Origin: a virus | DNA: 11,824 nucleotides | UHGV virus genome: UHGV-1586438 | Reading direction: 5' to 3' (one strand) | Shown here: one piece after another, positions 6,334 to 11,824 of the stretch | Position numbering within the stretch: position 1 is the stretch's first letter | Layout: the number at the start of each line of letters is the position of its first letter | Notes under the pieces: model-generated | What the model saw: the letters and a program-made list of their open reading frames with translations, nothing else | Database searches by the model: none | What the model was told of the DNA's origin: nothing | Translations under genes and position numbers: made by a program

Positions 6334-7740
6334 ATGGCTGATATATCAACACCCAACCTCGACTATAACGATATGCTGGAGGCGTGGGATATTAACGACG
6401 CACTGATGGGCGGTACGCTTGAAATGCGCAGGCAGGGGGAAAATTATCTCCCAAAATGGCCTAACGAAGATGAAGACGCTTATAAAAAACGCCTGTCTGT
6501 GGCTACGCTACTTCCTGTGTATGAAGAAAGCATCAAGCAAAATATTGGGCGCATATTTGCAGAGCCGACAGTATTGAGTGAGGAAACGCCGGCAAAAATC
6601 AGGGAATATGCAGAAAATATCGACATGGAGGGGAGCCGACTGGATGTGTGGGCGCAGCAATTTTTCAGCCTCGCATTTCAGTATGGTGTGGCACATGCGC
6701 TGGTGGACTATCCACGAACGGATATGAAAGAGATTCGTACAAAAGCCGATGAAAACGCGACCGGTGGTCGTCCGTACGTTACGATGCTGAATCCACGCCA
6801 GGTTATTGGATGGAAATCGAAAGTTGAAAAAGGGAAAGTTGTTCTCACTGATTTGCGTATAAAAGAGGTCATCATTATTGATGGTGATGATTTCGGGCAG
6901 AAGAAGGTGGAGCAGATCCGCCATATTATGCCCCGTCGAGTTGAAATTTATCGACGTAGCGAAGGCACTAATGGCGAATCTGTCTGGACGCTTCATGAGT
7001 CATGGAATACCAGCCGTGATGATATTCCTCTGGTAACACTGTACACGAAGAAAACAGGATTTATGCGTGGTACACCGCCATTGCATAATCTTGGCTTGCT
7101 GAATATCAAGCACTGGCAAAGCCAGAGCGAGCAGGACAATATTCTTCATGTTACCCGCGTTCCATTGCTGGTGGCCTACGGGCTGGACAGGAATGAAGAA
7201 CTGACGGTTGGTGCATCCACCGCTACGATTTTTGAGGACAGAACAAAAAATGGCCTCGAATATGTTGAACATAGTGGCGCAGCGATAGAATCTGGCGAAA
7301 CATCACTTGAGAAGCTGGAAAATCAGATGCGTCATGCCGGCGCTAAACTTCTGCGTGCTGAAAATACATCCACCAAATCTGTTGATCAGACTAATGAAGA
7401 GCGAATGCAGGAAAACTCGCCGCTTTATACAATGGCGAACTCCCTCGAAGATGCCCTCGATAATATTCTCCAGATAATGGCGGAATGGATCGGAGAGAGT
7501 TGCGGTGGCAATGTGGATGTGCGCACTGAACTGGATGTATCTGCCCAGGTGTTTGACTCATCCTCCGCGCTGGCTGTTCAGTCATTGCGTCAGGGCGGTG
7601 ATATACGTCAGATTGATGCGGTTCGGGTGTTGCAGGCGTTGAAATTTATCGATCAGGATTCCCGTCCAGAGGAAGTGATCGATGAATTAAAAAATCAGAG
7701 TGTAATGCTGATGGAAATCAATGATGCAAACCGTGAATGA
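6334..7740 (+). CDS. Portal protein
   Basis: 468-aa ORF beginning 3 nt after the terL stop, with an acidic C-terminal region. The call is by conserved synteny (terL then portal then MuF-like protein) and size; no diagnostic motif is visible by eye. Confidence 0.7.
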   Translation: MADISTPNLDYNDMLEAWDINDALMGGTLEMRRQGENYLPKWPNEDEDAYKKRLSVATLLPVYEESIKQNIGRIFAEPTVLSEETPAKIREYAENIDMEGSRLDVWAQQFFSLAFQYGVAHALVDYPRTDMKEIRTKADENATGGRPYVTMLNPRQVIGWKSKVEKGKVVLTDLRIKEVIIIDGDDFGQKKVEQIRHIMPRRVEIYRRSEGTNGESVWTLHESWNTSRDDIPLVTLYTKKTGFMRGTPPLHNLGLLNIKHWQSQSEQDNILHVTRVPLLVAYGLDRNEELTVGASTATIFEDRTKNGLEYVEHSGAAIESGETSLEKLENQMRHAGAKLLRAENTSTKSVDQTNEERMQENSPLYTMANSLEDALDNILQIMAEWIGESCGGNVDVRTELDVSAQVFDSSSALAVQSLRQGGDIRQIDAVRVLQALKFIDQDSRPEEVIDELKNQSVMLMEINDANRE

Positions 7741-8836
7741 ACGGCTGCGTGATGAATCAATTGCTCATGCAGTCTGGATATCCCGCTATAGCACTGGCGT
7801 GGCTGCCAGAATGGTGAAAATACTGAATGACAGCGATGCGGAACTTACTGCTCGCCTGCTGATAGCACTGGACAGCCTCGATCCAGGTAATTTTACCGTT
7901 AAGCGCCTGGAGTCACTTCTGGCGAGCGTCAGAAAGGTTAACCGCACTGCTATTAACAGCATGTTTACCAGTCTCTCCGGAGAGCTGAACGAGCTGGCAA
8001 TTTATGAGGCTGGTTATCAGTTAAGTCTGTTTGATTCTATGCTACCTGATTTTGTTGCTGATGTTCACCCTCTGGTTGGTATCTCTCCTGATGCACTTTA
8101 TGCCGCTGCAATGGCGCGACCATTCCAGGGACGACTGCTCAGTGAGTGGGCCTCAGATCTTGAGGCGGATCGGCTCAGACGCATAACAAATACAGTGCGT
8201 CAGGGTTTTTTGCTGGGGGATACCAATGAGCAGATCGCAAGAAAAATTCGGGGACATGTCAGTAAGGGATTTCAGGATGGTGCATTGCAGATGAGCCGGG
8301 CTAATGCGGCCAGCATTGCAAAAACAGCGGTTGGGCATCTTGCTGCTACTGCCCGTGAGAGTTTTGCCAGCGCGAATAATGATTTGATTAAGGGTAAGCA
8401 ATGGTTATCAACGCTTGATAATCGTACTACGCCACAATGTCGAATCAGGGATCGCCTCAAATATACGCTGAATAATAAACCTGTAGGTCACAGCGTGCCT
8501 TATTTGCAGGGGCCGGGAAAAATTCATTTCTGCTGCCGCTCAACGGAAACGTTCATTCTGAAATCAGCGAAGGAACTGGGTATTGATGTTCGCGATATTT
8601 CCCCGGCTGAGCGGGCCAGCATGGATGGCGTGGTGGCCGGAGATACAACCTACAGGGAATGGTTTTTGCGTCAGCCTTACACCAGACAAAAACAGATTGT
8701 GGGGGAAACCCGAGCAAAGCTGATTCGGGATGGTGGTATGTCGCCAGATGAATTTTACACCGATAAAGGCGAATGGCTGACGCTGAAGCAGCTCCGTGAG
8801 CGTGATGCACAGGTATTCAGAAAAGCAGGGATTTAA
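7721..8836 (+). CDS. Head morphogenesis / minor head protein (SPP1 gp7 / Mu F-like)
   Basis: 371-aa ORF overlapping the portal 3' end by 20 nt; start is either ATG 7721 or 7724. Position immediately after portal and size fit MuF-family proteins. The call is synteny-based. Confidence 0.6.
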   Translation: MMQTVNERLRDESIAHAVWISRYSTGVAARMVKILNDSDAELTARLLIALDSLDPGNFTVKRLESLLASVRKVNRTAINSMFTSLSGELNELAIYEAGYQLSLFDSMLPDFVADVHPLVGISPDALYAAAMARPFQGRLLSEWASDLEADRLRRITNTVRQGFLLGDTNEQIARKIRGHVSKGFQDGALQMSRANAASIAKTAVGHLAATARESFASANNDLIKGKQWLSTLDNRTTPQCRIRDRLKYTLNNKPVGHSVPYLQGPGKIHFCCRSTETFILKSAKELGIDVRDISPAERASMDGVVAGDTTYREWFLRQPYTRQKQIVGETRAKLIRDGGMSPDEFYTDKGEWLTLKQLRERDAQVFRKAGI

Positions 8837-8855
8837 ATAAATCATTTATTACAAC

Positions 8856-8883
8856 AGGCTACCTTCGGGTGGCCTTTTTTATT
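8856..8883 (+). terminator. Intrinsic terminator between head-morphogenesis and scaffold genes
   Basis: AGGCTACC (8856-8863) / UUCG tetraloop (8864-8867) / GGTGGCCT (8868-8875), an 8-bp stem with one G-U pair, running into TTTTTTATT (8875-8883). It sits 20 nt after the stop at 8836. Confidence 0.6.
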
Positions 8884-8940
8884 GCTGCGATCCGGATGGT
8901 GAGCAGCGTAACTGTCGGAAGACTTAAACCAGGTACTAAT

Positions 8941-9705
8941 ATGAAACTGAAAACGGTCGAGATTAACGGAAAACAATACGCAGAAATTGATACTGCTGGC
9001 CTGCCAGTTTATGTGCACGACGATGGTAAAGAAATTGGCTTCGATGCACCGCTGGCGACAAAAAAAATTACAGAGCTTAATGGCGAGGCAAAAAATCATC
9101 GCCTGGCTAAAGAAGCTGCAGAGGAAAAACTGGCTAAGTTTGCCGCTATCGAAGACCCGAAGAAGGCGATCGAGGCACTGGAAATGCTGTCAAAAATCGA
9201 CCAGAAAAAGCTGCTCGATGCGGGACAGGTTGACCAGGTTAAGGCAGAAATTACGAAAAATTTTCAGCAGCAATTAGATGAAGAAAAGCAACGCTCTCAG
9301 ATGCTGGAGAAGCAGCTTTACGATTCTATGATTGGCGGTAGTTTTGCGGGTTCAAAATATATTGCCGATAAAATTGCGATCCCGGCAGATTTATTACAAG
9401 CCCGCTTCGGGCAGGCATTCAAAGTGGAAGAAGGGAGGATCGTTGCTTATGACGCTTCCGGCAACAAAATTTATTCCCGCGCGAAGCCTGGCGAACTGGC
9501 GCAGTTTGATGAGGCGCTGGAGTTCCTTGTCGAAAATTACCCTCAGAAAGACTACATCCTGAAAGCCAGTGGCAACAATGGCGGCGGCTCCCGTCCGACA
9601 CAGCATGATATTGGTCAGAAAACGATGAAACGCTCTGCTTTTGATGCACTGGATGTTGCAGGTAAGCAAAACGCATTGAAAGACGGTATCACAATCGTTG
9701 ATTAA
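8941..9705 (+). CDS. Putative scaffolding protein
   Basis: 254-aa ORF from ATG 8941 (MKLKTVEINGK...). The track's 8869 start lies inside the terminator hairpin and is rejected. The central segment is charged and helical (EAAEEKLAKFAAIEDPKKAIEALEMLSKIDQKKLL...QQQLDEEKQRSQMLEKQLY), as expected for a scaffold, and the gene is immediately upstream of the major capsid gene. The SD is weak (AGGT); an alternative start is ATG 8896. Confidence 0.5.
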   Translation: MKLKTVEINGKQYAEIDTAGLPVYVHDDGKEIGFDAPLATKKITELNGEAKNHRLAKEAAEEKLAKFAAIEDPKKAIEALEMLSKIDQKKLLDAGQVDQVKAEITKNFQQQLDEEKQRSQMLEKQLYDSMIGGSFAGSKYIADKIAIPADLLQARFGQAFKVEEGRIVAYDASGNKIYSRAKPGELAQFDEALEFLVENYPQKDYILKASGNNGGGSRPTQHDIGQKTMKRSAFDALDVAGKQNALKDGITIVD

Positions 9706-9803
9706 CACATTTGTCAGCTTCCGGATGGGAGCTGGTGTCAGGGCTGGATAGCTCATTACTCCATCTATTCACAATTACGCAAATTTTTAAGGAATATTTA
9801 ATT

Positions 9804-10943
9804 ATGGCTGGAAATACCCTGACCGGGTTGATCTCGACTATTTATACCGCCCTGGATGTTGTATCCCGTGAGCAGGTAGGTTTTATCCCTGCGGTAGCAA
9901 AAAACGCAAAAGCTGACGCCGCAGCAAAAGATCAGACGGTAACCGCGCCAGTTGCGCCTGAGGCGAAAACCGAAGATATCGTACCGGGGCCGTCAGCTCC
10001 GAATACCGGTGATCAAAATATTGGCACTGTTGATGTAAAAATTACTAAATCCAAAATGGCACCGGTTAAATGGAATGGTGAAGAACAACTGGCTCTTGGC
10101 CCTTCAGGGACTTACAACACCATTCTGGCTGATCAGTTCAAGCAGGCTTTTCGCGCCCTTGCAAACGAGGTTGAGGCTGATCTTGGTGCGTTGTATTTCG
10201 GTGCTTCCCGCGCCGTGGGAACCGCAGGGACAACGCCGTTTGGTGTTAAAGATGATCTTTCTGATGCTGCTCTGGCTCGTCAGGTTCTGGAGGATAACGG
10301 CGCACCGACAACCGATCTGCAGATGGTGCTTGGCTCCACTGCCATTGCTAATTTGCGCGGAAAACAGTCTGTATTGTTTAAAGTGAATGAATCCGGCACT
10401 GAACAGCTACTGCGTGAGGGCGTGTTGGGGCGTCTGGAGGGATTCAATATTCACAGTTCGGCAGGTGTGAAACGAGCGCCAAAGGTTGCTGCAACTGGTT
10501 ATCTCGTGAATGGAGAGAAAAAAGAAGGCGATGTTCTTATTTCCATTGATACTGGTTCGGGGAGTATTTCTGCAGGTCAGATTGTTACGTTCGCTGGTGA
10601 TCCGAATCAGTATGTTGTGGCAGCAGCGACCAGCAATCTGATTACTCTTGCAGCGCCCGGACTGCGTCAGGATCTGGCCGATGATACTGCCATCACAGTT
10701 GTTGGGGCCTTTACGGCAAATATGGCGTTTGATCGCAACGCGTTTCTGCTGGCATCCCGTACTCCGGCAATGCCGGAAGGTGGCGATAATGCTGATGATG
10801 TAATGAATGTTACGGACCCGATTTCAGGGATTACGTTCCAGATTGCACTGTATCGTCAGTATCGCCAGGTGCGCTATGAAGTTGGACTGGCATGGGGTGT
10901 TTCATCAGTGAAGCCGGCACATGGTTGTCTGATTCTTGGTTAA
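9804..10943 (+). CDS. Major capsid protein
   Basis: 379-aa ORF from ATG 9804 with a good SD (AAGGAA at 9789-9794, 9-nt spacing). The upstream in-frame extension in the track (from 9711) has no RBS. Position after the scaffold gene, size, Gly/Ala/Thr-rich composition and a strong terminator directly downstream are all typical of a capsid gene. The structural family was not determined. Confidence 0.7.
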   Translation: MAGNTLTGLISTIYTALDVVSREQVGFIPAVAKNAKADAAAKDQTVTAPVAPEAKTEDIVPGPSAPNTGDQNIGTVDVKITKSKMAPVKWNGEEQLALGPSGTYNTILADQFKQAFRALANEVEADLGALYFGASRAVGTAGTTPFGVKDDLSDAALARQVLEDNGAPTTDLQMVLGSTAIANLRGKQSVLFKVNESGTEQLLREGVLGRLEGFNIHSSAGVKRAPKVAATGYLVNGEKKEGDVLISIDTGSGSISAGQIVTFAGDPNQYVVAAATSNLITLAAPGLRQDLADDTAITVVGAFTANMAFDRNAFLLASRTPAMPEGGDNADDVMNVTDPISGITFQIALYRQYRQVRYEVGLAWGVSSVKPAHGCLILG

Positions 10944-10953
10944 ACATTCAAAC

Positions 10954-10973
10954 GGGGCTTCGGCCCCATTTTT
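10954..10973 (+). terminator. Intrinsic terminator downstream of the major capsid gene
   Basis: GGGGC (10954-10958) / UUCG tetraloop / GCCCC (10963-10967) followed by ATTTTT (10968-10973), 11 nt after the capsid stop codon. It overlaps an alternative hairpin CCCCATT/TTT/AATGGGG (10964-10980). Confidence 0.55.
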
Positions 10974-10985
10974 AATGGGGGGCAT

Positions 10986-11162
10986 ATGGCCGGATTAACT
11001 AAAGAGCAAAGAGCACAGCGTGAAGCCGCACAAAAAACGCAAATTGAGTTAGTGGTTATGGTGACCGATTATCAGATGTTTCCCGGCGCACCAACTATCG
11101 CTAATGTTCATCCTGATGAAGTTGACAACTGGAAGGCTATGGGCTGGAAAACTCAGGAGTAA
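10986..11162 (+). CDS. Hypothetical 58-aa protein (not in the supplied ORF track)
   Basis: Hand-translated: MAGLTKEQRAQREAAQKTQIELVVMVTDYQMFPGAPTIANVHPDEVDNWKAMGWKTQE, stop TAA at 11160-11162. A G-rich SD (GGGGGG at 10977-10982) lies 3 nt upstream. It exactly fills the gap between the capsid terminator and the next gene, whose own SD (AGGAG) lies in its last codons. Confidence 0.35.
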   Translation: MAGLTKEQRAQREAAQKTQIELVVMVTDYQMFPGAPTIANVHPDEVDNWKAMGWKTQE

Positions 11163-11165
11163 CAC

Positions 11166-11561
11166 ATGATCACTTACGTGACCTGTGATGACGTTGATAA
11201 TGCGTTTGGGAACGCCTGGACGAGTGAGAACGCTAAAAATAAAGCTGTTTTAATGGCTAATGCCTGGCTTAATGGCTTCAACCTGAAAATTAACCCATCC
11301 CGTATTCCGGAAGAGGTAAAACTTGCGGGAGCATATGCAGCCAGAATTGCCTCATTCGGTAAGTTGTTTCAGCAGAAAAATGATTCTGGCGTTGTTATCA
11401 GTAAAGCCGTGTCGGCTGACGGGGTCAGTGTATCGAAATCATTTTCTGAGTTGCCAGCAAACAGCACTGCATTGCTTGAACCCGATTTACAGCTTGCGAT
11501 AGCACTGCTGAAACCGTACGGACTTAGTCGCTCACAAGTCAGGGTTGTGAGGGGGGGATAA
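11166..11561 (+). CDS. Putative head-tail connector / head completion protein
   Basis: 131-aa ORF with AGGAG 6 nt upstream of the ATG. A small protein directly after the capsid gene in a head module is typically a connector or adaptor. Its stop overlaps the next ATG (ATAATGG). The call is from synteny only. Confidence 0.5.
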   Translation: MITYVTCDDVDNAFGNAWTSENAKNKAVLMANAWLNGFNLKINPSRIPEEVKLAGAYAARIASFGKLFQQKNDSGVVISKAVSADGVSVSKSFSELPANSTALLEPDLQLAIALLKPYGLSRSQVRVVRGG

Positions 11562-11812
11562 TGGGGCTTCGTGAAGAGATTCAGTCAGAGGTTGCCGCTG
11601 CTTTTGATGAGGATTTAGCGGACGCCGTGAGTGATTTTTCTGGTTCTTACGTTACGCACCGGCACTGGGATCCTGTGACGGAAACTGGCGGCGAATCCAC
11701 CGCAATCTATACCGGGCGAGGAAATTTGAGGAGAGCGGACCTTAGTACGAGAGGACCGGGTTGGACGTACCGCTGGTGCACCTGTTGTTCTGCCAAGGGC
11801 ATAGCAGGGTAG
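11561..11812 (+). CDS. ORF of uncertain validity: phage-like N-terminal ~47 codons, remainder reads through 23S rRNA-like sequence
   Basis: ATG 11561 overlaps the stop of the preceding gene by one base. The first ~47 codons (MGLREEIQSEVAAAFDEDLADAVSDFSGSYVTHRHWDPVTETGGEST) look like ordinary coding sequence. From about 11703 the DNA matches the 23S rRNA domain VI region, so the C-terminal 'protein' (NLRRADLSTRGPGWTYRWCTCCSAKGIAG) is probably a non-biological read-through. Confidence 0.25.
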   Translation: MGLREEIQSEVAAAFDEDLADAVSDFSGSYVTHRHWDPVTETGGESTAIYTGRGNLRRADLSTRGPGWTYRWCTCCSAKGIAG

Positions 11813-11824
11813 CTAAGTACGGAC
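11703..11824 (+). rRNA. Partial 23S rRNA-like fragment (domain VI, sarcin-ricin loop region), not E. coli-type, truncated by the window end
   Basis: An exact copy of the universally conserved sarcin-ricin loop AGTACGAGAGGACCGG lies at 11734-11749. Flanks match my recollection of bacterial 23S rRNA: GGAAATTTGAG upstream, and GGACG.ACC.CTGGTG...GTTGT..TGCCAA.GGCA...GGTAGCTAA.T.CGGA downstream. About 15 or more substitutions relative to E. coli 23S over ~85 nt, some apparently paired, suggest a different bacterial lineage. The upstream boundary is approximate. Confidence 0.55.

Noticed and set aside
7721-8836. Possible MuF-associated polymorphic toxin domain at the C-terminus of the head-morphogenesis protein
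   Set aside because: At 371 aa the protein is the size of a standard MuF/gp7 domain with no obvious C-terminal extension, so there is no room for an appended toxin module.
8869-8940. Upstream start (8869) for the scaffold ORF given in the track
   Set aside because: That start codon lies inside the stem of the intrinsic terminator at 8856-8883; ATG 8941 (MKLKT...) is the first plausible start downstream of the terminator.
8987-9277. 96-aa highly basic ORF in an alternative frame of the scaffold gene
   Set aside because: The K/R-rich translation arises from off-frame reading of the A/G-rich Lys/Glu codons of the scaffold gene. There are no start signals.
2218-9756. All minus-strand ORFs in the track (for example 2384-2812, 3922-4164, 4468-4764, 4722-4991, 5072-5359, 6508-6996, 7000-7272, 8153-8401, 8564-8845, 8842-9099, 9394-9756)
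   Set aside because: Each lies entirely antisense to a well-supported +-strand gene in a tightly coupled operon. None has a convincing RBS, and their translations are low-complexity or Arg/Ser/Cys-rich, as is typical of antisense reading of coding DNA.
9711-9803. Upstream extension of the major capsid ORF (track start 9711)
   Set aside because: The extension begins at a non-ATG codon with no RBS and covers a structured intergenic leader; ATG 9804 has a canonical AAGGAA SD at optimal spacing.
10075-10386. 103-aa alternative-frame ORF inside the major capsid gene
   Set aside because: It is nested out of frame in the capsid gene and has no RBS.
1-11824. CRISPR arrays, tRNA genes, integrase or att sites, IS elements
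   Set aside because: I scanned for regularly spaced direct repeats, tRNA-like structures and transposase or integrase-like ORFs and found none. The only iterated sequence is the short terS repeat at 4098-4166, which is coding and not CRISPR-like.

Overview
This window reads as the late (lysis to head-assembly) region of a Rac-like lambdoid prophage of E. coli/Shigella, with every credible gene on the + strand. Order: the 3' part of spanin gene Rz with embedded Rz1; an AT-rich moron encoding the K+ transporter TrkG; a ParB-N-domain protein translationally coupled to a GT-A-fold glycosyltransferase-like protein; a small HTH-like ORF; terminase small and large subunits; portal; MuF/SPP1-gp7-like head morphogenesis protein; intrinsic terminator; putative scaffold; major capsid protein; a second terminator with an overlapping alternative hairpin; a 58-aa ORF absent from the ORF track; a head-tail connector-like protein; and a final ORF that runs into sequence resembling the sarcin-ricin-loop region of a non-enterobacterial bacterial 23S rRNA at the window end. 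All protein calls rest on motif reading, synteny and recalled sequences (lambda Rz/Rz1, E. coli TrkG); no database search was run. Items most worth follow-up: the 23S-like fragment at the 3' edge (artifact versus real junction), the ParB-like plus GT-like accessory pair ahead of the packaging genes, and phased TGCGCA(G/A)A repeats inside terS as a candidate pac site. No CRISPR array, tRNA, integrase, att site or IS element was seen.
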